NCBI RefSeq assembly: GCF_037042905.1
Contig: NC_087245.1
Location: forward strand, 3,908,001-3,972,000
Direction of reading: 5' to 3'
Source: Lytechinus pictus
Taxonomy: Eukaryota
DNA: 64,000 nucleotides
The notes below the pieces were generated by a model that was given only the letters and a program-made list of their open reading frames with translations, was not told where the DNA came from and searched no databases. Each line of letters starts with the position of its first letter. Positions within the stretch are counted from its first letter, which is position 1. Position numbers and translations under genes: made by a program. Below are positions 40,859 to 54,888 of the stretch, piece by piece.

Positions 40859-42589
40859 CATACCTGCCAACCATTCCGATTTTGGCGGAATTATACCGAT
40901 TTTTCGACCTCCATTCCGAATTCCGAATTTTAAAACCAAAATTCCGATATTTGGGTTAATCAATATAGTGTTGAAATTATTGAAACGGCTGTATAATGTG
41001 ACTAACGCATGCACGGCTGTAAGATGCGACTAACACATACACGACTGGTGCGCACGGCTACGCAAATGCGCTAGCTACACGATATACACAGAGAGCGACT
41101 TTAAACGGCGCGCGAACACTGCTAAGTGCGCAGTTCCATTGTAAATACATGTGAAAATTAACGAGCGTACACGCAACGGCCGCACTTAGGGCGCTACATT
41201 TTGAGGTGTTGTCGTTAGCGTTTACTTCCGGAAAAAAAAATGGCGGCTGACATCGGCTAGCGAAAGAGCTAGTTTTTAGTGAGGACATGTTTTCATAATC
41301 CACGAACATCGGAAAAACCGTGAAAAAGTCACCTTTTTAGACCCCTTGTTTCCTAACTACGATGTTAAGAATCACCGATGGTGATATTTTTTACGGGAAA
41401 CATGGTGATTTAGGTAAGGAAATCTCACTTTTTATTTGAGGTTTTTGCCCATGTCGCCTGATGATTTTGTAGTGTGGGAGTGAGTTAGTGATGTAGCGTA
41501 CATGTCTAGAGTGTGTTGGTGATTACAGTGGTATATTGCTGAGTCTGCTGATGATGATGAACGGCTGAAGGTCGCATGAACACCGGCCCCCGCCCGGCCG
41601 CATACCGACGCAATTTTAACATTGATCTGTACTTTATTTTTTGAATAATTGTCAATTTTTTGAGGAAGAAAGATTATTAACTTTCGATCTCGGGTTGAGC
41701 CTTCGGAGCGGAACGCCAAATCTACTTTACTTGCTTCGCTTGCCTAAACTCCCGGCGCCCGCCCAGTGGCTGCGCCTCAGCCTCCCCGTCTTACCGGGGC
41801 ACCGCAAGTGCAGTGGTGGGTGCGGGTCGGGCGCATGCAGCCGTTAGTTTCGGCTCCGTTTTTGTCATGGTTGAATATCTGCTTTCTTCTACCAACAAGC
41901 ACTTATCCAATGTAGGTTATGATATAACCTTGTCCTCAGTCAGTAACCCCTGTGTGGTGAAATAACATGAATAAGACAATGTCAATGTTTGGCTTATTTT
42001 CTCTTGATGCATGAAATGATAGATAGGCTGGATAATAAATGTTTGATTTTTTGGCTTGTCAGTTTTTAATACAGTAGGGATAACTTAAATCTAAATTCAT
42101 CATAAAAAATATGCCTTGGCCCAAAACTCAATTGAAATCTTGAAATTATTTTTTGTCTAATTAAAAAGAGAATCTATGGAGAGGAAGATCTGCATCAATC
42201 TCACTTTCCAGCAATAGAGGGCCTCACAAAAAAATGCTCAAAATCAAAGTTTTTAGAGAGCTCTGATGAACAAGAAAAATTATCCCTAAGTCTATATAGA
42301 TTTAAATGAAAACAAATCACACCTGCATGAAACTGGGTGTTTTTTGTCACAGAAGTGATATTTTAAAGACCCTTTTTTTTATTTTTAATTGATAAATGAA
42401 GGTAGACTTTACATGTCGGTCATCCTCTGGTGTGGTAAAGAGGGTAAATTTGCTTTGAAAAGTGTAGGGAAATGCTACTTTTACATGCTGAAAATGCAAA
42501 GAGTCCCTACCGTTGGAGCGGCCGGACACCCGCTCGGCGCCCTCGGAACTTTGATACTGATTTTTTATTATCAAAGGTTGGCAGGTATG
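40859..42589. mobile_element. Non-autonomous DNA transposon (hAT-like TIRs), CpG-rich
   Basis: Perfect 14-bp TIR CATACCTGCCAACC / GGTTGGCAGGTATG and subterminal TTCCGA repeats at the left end. No transposase ORF. The TSD is not clean (AATTTA / GATTTA). Confidence 0.8.
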
Positions 42590-43440
42590 GATTTAAATCC
42601 ATACAATTTTGAGTGGTATACATTTTATTCCTGAAGCAGATGCCCGATCTTCATTTCTCAGAAGACAGAGTTAGTTTTGTGATAGGTTTGTATTTGGAAT
42701 AAAGTGAATATTTGGATTAAGGTCAGGGTTAGGTCGGAGGTTACATTTAAATATTTACTTTATGTGCACATTTTACATTAGGACATAATTGTTGGAACAG
42801 ATCTCATGGAACCATTCTAGTAATCCACAATGTTGTTAAGGCAAAATGTCCAAAACATGATTTGTTAGTTACAAATTATAATCCTATGATACTTTATTCT
42901 TAAGTGAGCTTATACATGTGCAGATTTTGTTGTAGTAATTTGAAATTTGATAATTTATCTTAGTCAGTATAAACTAACTAGGACAATGTTTCTAATTTGG
43001 ATTGAGGGATATTGAAGTGTTAGCAAAGAGGAAGAAGAAGATCAAATGATTCTGAATTAAGTAGCAATGGGAGGATTTGAAGGATCAGTTGTTTCCTTAA
43101 TGTTCTGGTCATACTGTCTCCATCATTTCCACATTCTCATTGGGCACTTATAGATATTCCTTCTATGGATCTTCTAGTGTGATTTTTTTGCCATATTGAT
43201 GTCAGTTTTACAATCGTTTTTTGTATCATTAATTCATGATTTTTTTTGATAAATTATTTTAAAGATATATAAAACAAAATCATATATCAATGAGTTAAAC
43301 AACTTAAAAACATTTGAATATGTTGGACAACTGTAAATTTCTGCTTGATCATGCATCATAACTACCGGGTTATGGTTGTACCTGTATGCATGTATCTCAA
43401 TTACAGATTTATTGGTTACTCGTTTGGAGAATTACTATAC

Positions 43441-43526
43441 ATGAATGGGAATAATGTAACACAAGCAACAGATATTCATGAATTCATGAATGGGGAATAA
43501 TATAACAAGAGCAACAGATATTCATA
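43441..43526. repeat. Short tandem duplication (~40-45 bp)
   Basis: ATGAATGGGAATAATGTAACACAAGCAACAGATATTCAT is repeated with a few changes. Confidence 0.8.
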
Positions 43527-44740
43527 AACTAATGCAGTACAGTATCTCAATTCTTCTCAGTTAAATGTATAAAACTTAAATATTCTAGTTCATGTATTAA
43601 TGACTTCAAAACCTTTTCAATATCAGATTGCATGTGGACATGTCATGTTAAAAATGGTGCAATTTCTATTTCTAATAACCTTGTCTTATTTTTTATCAAT
43701 TATTAAGTTCCTCTTCCTGCATGCCCCAGAAACCTCTTTTCATTTCCTTTCACAACCTAATAGGTGTAAGTAAACCCACTGAAGATACATTTTATTAAAG
43801 ATAGAAATCAGGGTGGGGTATAAAGCTGCTTGGGAATTAAGGTAAGGTCGTATAATGAGAAAAATTTGCTTTCAAAATTCTAAAATACTGTTTTCCTTAT
43901 ATACTAATGATGAGTGATATTTTTGTAAGATGTATGAGACTAGCTGGTACATCATTTTCATTTTTAGAAGACTGTTTTTAGTGGGCCTTTTCTGTTACCT
44001 ATGGATACATTCTAGCAATCTTGGGTTGATCAAGTTTATTTGCAGATTTCCAAATGGTTCAAATTCGTCTCAACTAGATGTCAATTTGGCAAAATAGTAG
44101 AAACAATTAATCTCAAGTTGAGATCGATTTTTTGTTCACATTTTTTATTATTGATTTCATCTATTACAATTTCTCAAAATACGGACCCTAATTTTCAATC
44201 TAAGTTTTAAAGAGAGTTTAGATATGAATTATGGCACCTGTATTGTTATGGGTGATATTTTCTTTGTGAAGTTGAGTTTAAGATCTAATGTCAAACTGGT
44301 GTATGATGTCATAGTAAGGGACAATCAAATTAAAGTAATATGTTTTAATAATAGAAGAAAGATGATGGCTAAAATCATGGCAAGCTGTGACTCTGCTGGA
44401 TAAGTTTTGTCATTCTTAGACTCAAGATGTTACACATGAATAAAACTGAGTATTAAAAATAGATATTAAGGATTTGGGAGGGAAGGAGAACGACCCATAC
44501 AGGAACAAAAATCTAGGGGCAAGGAAACCTAGGATGTCAAGCTGTGGTTGGATGAGTAAGGTGATTTGATAAATATTTGTTGGGAATTAGTAAATCTCCT
44601 GTTGATCTTGTATCATTATTACTTGATTGTCTAGTTCTGGATTCACACTTTTAACCAAGGTGAGGATGTAGACAGTCTTTGTAGATCTTATAATCAGGCC
44701 GTTCATACCTAAGAGAACCCCTTCACCCCTTTGACTATAG

Positions 44741-45152
44741 GACACCGCACGACACTGGCACCGGTCCAACGGTCCCAGACCAGTAAAATTTCCTGTCAGG
44801 CCAGTAACATTTCAGAAATAGCCAGATTTACTGGTCATGGCAGACCAGTAAAACATATATCAAACTGATACAATTGATAATTTTTTCTCTTTTCCAAATT
44901 ACAAAAATGGCTGTAGCATCCAAAATAAATGGCTCTCATTAATTATGTTGTGTTTTTTTTTTTTTGGGGGGGGGGTAACAATAAGCAATACAAGACAGCA
45001 AAGTAAATTCAAGTCTTTTTTTATGTTTTTCTCTACTTTTTAGGAGTAGTAAATTTTATGTTTGGACCAGTAAAAAATGGAAAAACTGGGTACGTACTGG
45101 TCCGAGATGATCAGGTCGGACCAGAAGAAAAAAAGGGTTAGTTTGGAGCTTT
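44741..45152. mobile_element. Degraded hAT-like non-autonomous element
   Basis: Multiple (G)ACCAGTAA / TACTGGTC motifs in both orientations. The right end AAAAAAGGGTTAGTTTGGAGCTTTG resembles a CAGGGCTCC...CTAAC-type terminus. The left terminus is unclear. Confidence 0.5.
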
Positions 45153-48100
45153 GTTAATAATAGGAGACTATGTTACTTTGGTAATATTGAGAATCCTGCT
45201 CAATGTTCCATAGATGGATGTTTGATTCAGTGGAAGTTGCTCATTGGTGTCAGACCTGCAACGTCCGCTAATAATTTGAATTGTTAACACAACCAGAAAT
45301 ATTGAATGAAATGTGGACTGAGATTGCATGAATATTCTCAATGTTTAAAATGCCCCAAAACCTAATTAACAACAGCAAAAAGTCTGGTGTGTCGTTATAG
45401 ATGTTGTATTACAAATTTTATGCATCTCCCTGAAAAAAGTACGTTTCCAGATATTACCGATTTAACAGATCTTGAAGTTCTTTTCACTGAATGGATGAAG
45501 ATGTAATACTATCTTGAAAATTAATCACTGTTGAAAGGAAAGCTTGACCGACTGGCCGATATTTACAGGTTTATATGACTCAAGTGAGAGCGAGGATGGA
45601 AGGAAAGTCAAACTCTTGATTCTCGTTTGTGAGTTGGTTTCCTGAGAGAGCTTGGGGCTGGTGCCTCCGGGCGTCTCTGTCATGATGCATGATGGGACAT
45701 GAAGATTGAGAAAAGGACCGACAGATATGAAGGGGAAAATATGATATAAAATATAGAAGTCAAGGTCACAAGATGTTCAAATATTGGTAAATTGTCAGTT
45801 TAGCACCAGAAGGGCCATAGTCAAAGGGTGAAACAGTACAGTAACTCCCTTATGTACAATGGGACTTGAAGATGAACAATAACTTTGTGAAACAGAGAAT
45901 TCTGTTGCAGAGAGACAGACAAACAAACAAACAGACGGATCTGTCTCTGGTGACCAGACAATGACATTTTGAATGGATTAAGTTGTCAAGGATATCTGAT
46001 GTTATATGATACAATATAGTGGATATATGGCTTACTTTCTATTATGATTGGTGCTAGTTTAAAATGGATGACATACTCTGAATTACTTCAACTTGAAATA
46101 AATCTAGATTGGCCTTAGATAATGACCAATCAAACTAGATTAATTTTGAATCCTAAATATTGATTTCAAAATCTCAAAGGATTTGAATTCAAGGTTCAAT
46201 CTAAAACATTTTCACAGCTGAGCTGGATTTATTTTAAATCCGTGAAATTTAGTGTGTAGCCACTGAATTAGATCGGGTATCAGCTTTCCTAGCTTGATTT
46301 TAAGAAAAATCCTTATTGGGTTTTTTTTTCATGTAATTCCCACATCATTATTTACAAAACAAAAAGAGATGATTTTCAGGGTAAAAAAAAAGCAAAAAGT
46401 TAATAGCCAAGCTTCATCCTTCATTGGAGAACACTGTTTGGAAGGGGGAGGGGAGGGGGGCTACAATCCCCCACTCAACCATGTGAAATGCAATAAGATG
46501 AAATAGAATGTTAGTTTTCACTGTTTTATAGTTGATTACCGATTTAAAAAGTGATTTAGAATAATCCTATGAATTTTAGGACATACTCTTGTTTTGAGAA
46601 AACTGAGCACATTAGTCTTTTTTTCGCATTAACTGTCACATTCCCAGGGTCCTTGATTTCCCTGTGTAATATCCTACCAGGGACTTCCCCTTAACTAGAC
46701 TCTCATGAAAGGTGAACGTCCACCCTGGCTAATCACATCGGAATTAAAATGTTTCGGTTGCTATGGAAACAATTAGTGTATCTCACCTCCACAGAAGTTT
46801 TATCCATCCCCAAAGAGTCTACATGAAAATCATCTTCATGTGGCATGTGATAAGTCATCTACTTAAAGCATTTAAAGGTGTTAAATTGGGTGTGAACTTG
46901 CAGACTTGTCATTGCTCAAGACAATATGGTTTCTGATTTAACCTGGACATATCATGATGATTGATTGTTGATAGATAAAGGTTTAAGTCCAACCAAACAT
47001 GGTCCAACATAATCTATTTTGATGTAAATTTGATATTTTCAGAAGTACTCACTTTTAAAATACATTTATTAAGGGCGAAATGATAAGTGAGTATGACATG
47101 AATAAAAGGGATCTAACTTTTAATTAGATTGAGAGACTTGACCATGAACATGTATTTGTTTCTGTAATAAAATAGGATTTATTTTCAATTATCATTGTTT
47201 CTCCTCAAATCATTGGCCTACATTTCCAGAACCAGAACCTAAGTGCACATACACAAAATTATAATTTGATGTAACTAATTGCATATTTTTATTGAACATA
47301 AAGTTTCAAAAGAACATGTATCTTAAAAATAGAGATGACATCGCATATTCCAATAATATTGTAGTAAGGAGATCAGATGTCTGTCTGTCTCAAAGCTTGT
47401 CAGGTAATGATGGCTGACAGGTACTTGTCGTAGCGCTAAGTGTTTAACACATCCTGAACTAATTAACCAGGTTATAATTATATTGGACTCTGAACATATA
47501 GTGATTCATAAGTGTGAAGTATGCCAACCCTTCACCCATATCTGCTCTGAAATCTTTGTAGCTTTTTATACAGATTATAAAGAAAAATTCACTGAGAGAC
47601 TAACTTTTGTCATCTCATAAATACCTCAACTCTAAGGCCCCTATAGCTTAGGTTGTGCATCGTTTTGATATGCACAAATTGACTTTATCTGATTTTATGA
47701 GATGATAGATCTATTAGTCACTGATTTGAAATGGGATAGTTTGGAAGATTTCTGTCACTTCTCAGAGATGTCCTTGCTCTAACTTGCAAATTAATTTGCT
47801 TTCTTAAAATGTGGGTTTGTTTTTTGGCTGCGTTTAAGTATGTATGATGAAGGTGAGATAATGATCAGATTGTATGATTTACAGTAACTTTTCATGAAAG
47901 GAACATATTAAGCAAATTATTGTATTACAAATGAGATGGGGAAAAAGACTTGAAAGTACATTATTTTTAATGATCTTATTCCTTGATATGAACTTGTTGA
48001 AATTGCACACTGTTTACTTAATCATCATGATAGACTGTCATGTAAGTCTGGACAAGAAAACACCCTTTTAAAGGTTATATGTCATCTCTGACATCATAAC

Positions 48101-49541
48101 GACTCCAACCTTCTTTTTGATGTTATAGAGCTGCTCCTGTCCATTTCTGGTTCCATTGACAAGACCCTTCACACAGGTGACCAACCAGCTGAGAATCAGT
48201 CCATGACGTCTGGACATTGATGAGTAACAAATCACTGTCCATCATCATCATTCATTCTAATGTGAGAAGGTCAAGCATGGGAGATGGTTGACTGTCCAGT
48301 TATCTTAATAACCTGAGCTTAAACTTGAGACAGGTCATCAATGTCTTTAGTTGAGGATATCACTTCTGTCATTCTCTCTGTGTCAGGTTTTTGTTCACCT
48401 AGAGCTTAAAAACATGAATAGCATGACTCCTTGAAGATTGTACAGACTATTATTTCATGTATCATATTGAGACCAAGAAGTCATGAATTTTTGTTACCAA
48501 CAATTTTTCCCCTTCATATGCGGTATATACTCCAAAACGATAACGTTTATGAACAAGTATGAATGAACAAACATTCCTGCAAGCCATTAAAATATGGATT
48601 GGTATTCAAGATTTCTTATATTTAAAACTGTCATGTTCATTTTCCCCCATTCACATACAAACCTGAACTTCGGATGATCACCACCTCACAGTCCCTAGTC
48701 ATGGTTTGGTACTAAGTGGTGACTGATGTATGACATGCAGGTCTCCTGCCGTTGTTCAATTGAGCCATTGTCAAGGATTGTCCTGGATGTACTAATTTAG
48801 CTTCCCAGGGAAACTGTGCAAACAATGGAACATCACTAATTCCGTAATCGGATTTAATAATTCCTTTCTGAGTCAAGGTTGAAGTTTTAATGTGACATGG
48901 TGTAAGAGCAAGATTTGGATCTATCTAGATGAAAAAAAAAATTCTTTTTATCTGATTCAATGGTACACTCTTGTTTATTTTTGGTTTGTTTCTTTATGAC
49001 AATTTCTTGGCAGAACAATGAATGCTATGATTCATGAATCAAGTAAGGTTTGTGGTTGAATTAGAAGATGACCTTTGACTAGAGTTAATGTCAGGATCAG
49101 GATCTAGTCTGGTCTTTGGATCATTGATCATTGATTTTGCTTGTGTGACCTGATTTTATTTAATGAATTGATCATTCTTCGGCTTACTATACCCCCCCCC
49201 CCCCGGAGATATTGAATCCTGTAGTTTTGCAGTTATCAACTAGGAATTGGAAGGAAAGAAAAGAGGAATTAAATTCTTCCTTTGTTTTAAAATTATAAAC
49301 AGGTCCATAGGTTCGCTGATAATTCACACTAAACACACTGAAAATGATATGTGATAATGGTTTTAACCGAGATTCCTACATAATTTTGCATTAAGGTACA
49401 AATAAAATTTGTGTTTAAGTGTGTGGACCTCAGAGTAAAAAAAAGATCAGCTTAATTAAAGAAATTGAAGGTGGGAAAATTGTTTCAAGCATATCCCAGC
49501 TATTCAAATGAAAAACAGTTTTCAGGGTGGATCTTCCTTAA

Positions 49542-50130
49542 AGGTCAAGTCCATCCCAGGAAAATGCTGACTTGAATAAAAAGAGAAAAATCAAACTAGC
49601 ATAGTGCTGAAAATTTCATCAAAATCGGATGTAAAATAAGAAAGTTATGACATTTTAAAGTTTCGCATATTTTTCACAAAAAAAGTGATATGCACAACTA
49701 GGTGAGTCAGTCGATGTCCATCACTCACTATTTCTTTTGTTTTTTATTGTTTGAATTATACAATATTTCATTTTTTTTAGATTTGACAACAAGGACCAAC
49801 TTGACTGAACCATATAGTATTAAACAATGCTAATTCCACATGTTCAGGGAGGAATTAATCGTTGTATCACTTGACAATGAGGAGAAAATTAGAATATTTC
49901 ATATTTCATATAATAAAATACAAAAGAAATAGTGAGTGGATGACGTCATAGTCTCCTCATTTGCATACCAGCCAGGATGTGCTAATAACTGTTTTGTGAA
50001 ATTAAGCAAAACTTTAAAATGTCACAACTTTCTTATTTTACATCCAATTTTGATGAAATTTTCAGTGTTATGCTTGTTGGATTTTTCTCTTTTTATTCAA
50101 ATCAACTTTTTGTTGGGGTGGACTTGTCCT
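49542..50130. mobile_element. MITE with TTAA TSD, Kolobok-like (copy 2, inverted relative to 6119-6715)
   Basis: TTAA|AGGTCAAGTCCATCCC ... GGGGTGGACTTGTCCT|TTAA. The interior matches the reverse complement of copy 1. Confidence 0.9.
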
Positions 50131-53100
50131 TTAAAATAAAACCACCAGTTTTATGGTATATGTCAGAATCAATGCATTGTGACAAACCCTCGGCTCTGTG
50201 AGCTAGGAGGAGTAGTGAACAAGTGGTTGGAGTCACATGATCATATCAACCAAACAGCTGGGAATGAGGACATCCACACTGCGGCTATGGTTATGGTGCG
50301 TTGTGACTTGAGAACTAAATGAAGGAGTGGAAAAGAGGGAAGTGTGGTCTTGATTCTGTTTCTGCTGAGGGAAAGTAGTTCAGGGGATGTCGGTGCTACA
50401 GGGGGTCACAGTTTGGACTAAGATTTTGTTTGAAGTTTTGAGGATAGGCAAGATGGATTACTTGGTTATCACCTTTGGAAGTAAAAGCTTTTGTACACAA
50501 CCATTTGTTTTATGAATTATTTATGGATGGTATTGAATCGAGTGCAAATCAGTGTAGGTTTGACCATTGGTGAGGTACACAAGAAATCTACATGTTTACG
50601 TTATATCTGATGGGATGGATAATGTTATACTTTAGCTGAAGATGCGCTGAGTCAGTCTTGTGTTGCCATGGATTCAACTCATGCTTTTGCCAAAAACATG
50701 GGGATTTGAGATGATTACCACATTCGAATGCAAATTTCATACCGGCAAGGAAATCACTTAAAGCATTTCATGGATGAGGAGTGTAATAAACTATACTACA
50801 ATCAGTGTTTGACAAGAGTAATTTGTGAGTAATTATCATACATCATGAGACAAGTTGGCAACATAGTGCATAAGATTAGATTCAGGTATAACCCTCACAT
50901 GAGCGTGATGATGATTACATATTAGAGACCGTGTCATCATTCTGTTGTGCGAAACAGAGTTCAGTGCCAAACTGCAAAAAACTTTCAGCTTTAATTACAT
51001 GGAGTTTAAATTTTAGAAACCAGTATGGTTCAGGGAATATGTGTTCTTTGTAGTATCCAGTTGGGTTGTCTATACTAATCCATCATTTTTAGGGTTCAAG
51101 TTGTTGAACTTCTGTCAACATAATTCGCCAGTGGCAATGAGTGAAGGTTTACTGGAGACTGCAATAATAAAGTTGCATGATGCTAATTCTACTACATTAT
51201 GGAAATGTATTGGTTACAACTACAAGTCTCTGCATTGGATAAATTGGAAAATTTCAAAACCATAGACTTAAGTATATTGTCTGTAAGACCCTATATATGT
51301 AGAAGTTACTGAAATAGCATGAGCAGCTCAGAAAATCTAGTGGAAGACAACTAATAGATGGACAAGATAATTTCATCCAGAAAAAGGAGATTCATTTGGA
51401 TGTGATGAACAGATTGTGTATGTGGATTCAAATCATGCATTGGTGATCTCGTTAAGATATATAGATGTTCTATTGCTCTTTGAAGACAAAACAATTGCCA
51501 TATAACATATGAATGATTAGCTTGAAGAAATCCAGTTAGTGAAAATAATGCTTTGTCAGTGATGTAAGAAGGTGGAAATGATCTTACTTTTGACTTGAAG
51601 TTGTTCCTACTTGTTTATCTTTGTCCTTAGAACTTGGAAATCATGTAGTTTTGGAGAAGGAACTTTCAGAAGAAATATTAAGAATTCATATCAATGATAC
51701 TCTTTCTTTAGGAGCTGGATAGTAATGAAATAAATATAATTAAAATGTAGAAATTTCTACGGACTGATTTTAGAGACTACCCTATGGTATCTTTGATGGA
51801 ACAGTAGACAAAACAATCGTCAAATTCATACTTCAGCTCTTACTTAGGATGGCTTCAAGCAACATTGGCATCATGAACCTTGCTACAGGGAATAAGATGA
51901 AAACAGGATGGGTTTGGGTGAGTGTATCTGCTTTATGTTCCCCCCATCATGTATTCTATGATTATGTAATAGTGAGGTTGTTGGCCAGTACATGCCCATG
52001 ACAGTATTATGATCAGGTTTCGGAAGATGTACCTATGTTATTGTATTGAGTCATGATAAGCTAATTATTGCCCAATTTAGTGTTAAAGTAATTGGACTCC
52101 ATGGAGACTGAAGCTATTAGCCAAACAGTATTTTTCCATTCATGTGTATTCATTTCTATGTCATTATTTTTTTCTTTGCTACATACTTCCAAATTTATCT
52201 TCATGTATCATATCCATCCTTAATTTGTATCTATCATTTTAGTTTCCTTTTAACTCTCTGCATCTTTCCTCTTCCAATTATCCAATCGGCTGTGTTCATC
52301 TTTGCTTTGCTCTTCATATAGAACAGCGATTAAGACTTCTTTTTTTTCAATTCAATATACTTTCTTCAATACTTTGCCCTTTTAAATGATCTTTCATGTT
52401 TTCTTTCATTCCTTGAATCTTGTGATTCACCAACATGTCAAATGAACCAATTAAACCTATTAAAGTAGCCTCTCTCCCGTCATCGTACAACAAATTAAGC
52501 AGCAATTTGATTAGACGGGTGTAATGTTTGGTAGGTACCTTGAACGGTGAGCTTAATATAGTATGTTTAATCAGATGGTCTTATGCTAAATCATGGCTTA
52601 AACTAGGAGGGCAGGAAGCCTAAGGAGTTGAAAATAGCTTCAACTGTGTAAAGGCGTTGGTGTTGTCCACTGATTGCATGGAGATGGCGATGGTCGCTTT
52701 ATGATTTTCAGGTGTGGTAAGGCTAGTGGTCACCCAGAATGACGTATCGGGAAATTATGCATAGCAGGTTTTTTGTTTTTCCAAGATAAATACATGTATA
52801 GACCCGAAACTTTGTTCATAAAAGATGGGCATACATGTTAGTACCATGAGAACATTCTCCTGGGGACAGCAAGAAAATGACTGCCACATTGTCAAGTTTT
52901 GGTGATCCTTTTCAGAAGTTCAGAACTTCACTTTAATACATGAAACATGAAGGTAGTATAGAGAAAGGTTTCCTTTGCCAAGTTATTAAGGGAACACCTG
53001 GAATCCATGACATGAATCAAATTAAATCAGTTAATGTTTCTTGTCTTATCATGGAGAGCTGAAAAACTTCGTCATGATTATAATCATGTTGCACTTTAGT

Positions 53101-53350
53101 CACATCCCAATCCAATCTGAATGGTTAAATCTTGAAAGTTTTCAAAAGATGTTGATTTGTTCATGTATCTTTGTGACTTTTCTTTGATGTGCCTCTCAAG
53201 CTCAAAGAAAAAATTAAAAACGAAAAGAGAAAAGAAACAGAAAGAAATTAATAAATAATAAAGAAAGAAAACATCAATTAATCATTGTTATAGGGAACAA
53301 ATGTGGAAGACATTCTTGTATTTTTTTCCCTGAAAAATTAAAATGACAGA

Positions 53351-53810
53351 GACCCTTTTCTCATTTCAGTCATAAAACTAGTTTAATGGAAACCAGTTTA
53401 GTGGAAACAAGTTTAACATGTAATGGGAACATTCAAAGTGGTCTTGGAAGTAATCTTAAGTGGTCTTCTCATCCAGTTTGGAAAACCACCACGCATTGCA
53501 ATGTGGTTTTCAAGACTGCTTTGCCTTTTCATACTGGTTTAAGTATAGGTGAGAACACACCCATTCTTTGGGAAGCGATCTTCGCACTGTCATGTTGGGC
53601 GTGCTATTCCACACGCTGTGTGTAGAATGTCTACATGTGACCCAACTGAGAGCGTTCCCGTAGCAACAAGATCGCTTTACGTGAAATGATTCTGAAAACC
53701 AGTTGAGGAGATGATGATGAGCATGCAATATAACAAAGCAATCTTTTAAACTGTTTCCCTAATAAGGTTTATTGGAAACCAGTTCAAGAAGTATACTGAG
53801 AATGGGGGTC
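53351..53810. mobile_element. MITE with 3-bp TSD (PIF/Harbinger-like)
   Basis: AGA|GACCCTTTTCTCA ... TGAGAATGGGGGTC|AGA with subterminal GGAAAC(C)AGTTT repeats. Confidence 0.65.
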
Positions 53811-53921
53811 AGACTCTCAAAGTTAGCATGGATAGAGGACTGGTGAATCTTTGTTTCTAACTATACAATTAGAATCAATCTCATTGCCAGCATAGTAACT
53901 AGTCACACTCTAATCACTATA

Positions 53922-54732
53922 CAGTGCGTCCCAGAAAAAACAAAACCGAGATTTAGCGATGATTTATCATAACTTAATCACAAATACAATAGACAAATGA
54001 CCTACCAATGTAAAGCTTAGAATCTCCTCTTTCATCTGACATGACTTAGATTATTTCTCATTCACGCATGAGTGAGCAAAAACAATTAGAAGAAAGGATA
54101 CCAAAAACTCATTTGGCGGGGGGTATCTGAATTTTAAAAAGAAAATCACATGCCTAAAAAGTTCAATATCTGCTCTTTAATTTGATACCTTAATCACAAA
54201 AAATGGTCAAGAAGTAAAAAAGTTACGTTCCCTCGAAACAATGCTTGTATGTCCATAATTTCATTAAATAAATGTGTTTTCACCGGTTTCCCACAGAAGC
54301 TATCGCATGAATAACAAAAGACTTCATGCATGGCTGATCGTCAACAAAACGGAGTGTCGAGTGAGTTTGAACGCTAGCCTGTAAAACCTCTTAATTTTAT
54401 GAAATTCAAGCCTTATTTCAAATAACCAGAACTTTCTTATTTCTTGACCGTTTTCTGTAATTGAGGTATCAAATCAAAGAGCAGATATTGAACTTTTTAG
54501 AAATGTGGTTTTCTTTTTGAAACCCAGATACAGCCCGCCAAATGAGTTTTTGGTATCCCCTCTTCAAATTGTTTTTGCTCACTCATGCGTGAATGAGAAA
54601 TAATCTAAGTAATTTCAGATGAAAGAGGAGATTCTAAACTTTACAATGGTAGGTCATTTGTCTATTGTATTTGTGATTAAATTATGATAAATCATCGATA
54701 AATCTCGGTTTCGTTTTTTGTGGGACGCACTG
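53922..54732. mobile_element. Tc1/mariner-type MITE with ~300-bp TIRs
   Basis: TA|CAGTGCGTCCCA ... TGGGACGCACTG|TA. Arms ~53922-54224 and ~54430-54732 are highly similar reverse complements. Confidence 0.92.
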
Positions 54733-54888
54733 TATAATTGAATGAGACATGGTGAAGACACACCTGTTGTATGCTTGCTGAGACAGAGGGTTAGTGAACT
54801 TTCAGACTTTAACTATTGAAGTTACAGTAATGTGATATGTACAGATCCACATCCACTCATCTTATGGGTGATCATTTTCTGGTTTTTT

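Noticed and set aside
41058..41847. Transposase ORFs inside the hAT-like element
   Set aside because: The ORFs are short, with no BED finger or DDE motif visible.
43734..43771. Second ratchet point or microexon (pyrimidine tract, then TAG GT GTAAGT)
   Set aside because: The tract is separated from the AG by A-rich sequence and the donor is offset by 2 nt. It is much weaker than the 39895 site.
47380..47425. CAG|GTAATG as a recursive site
   Set aside because: It has a poor pyrimidine tract and a competing AG just upstream.
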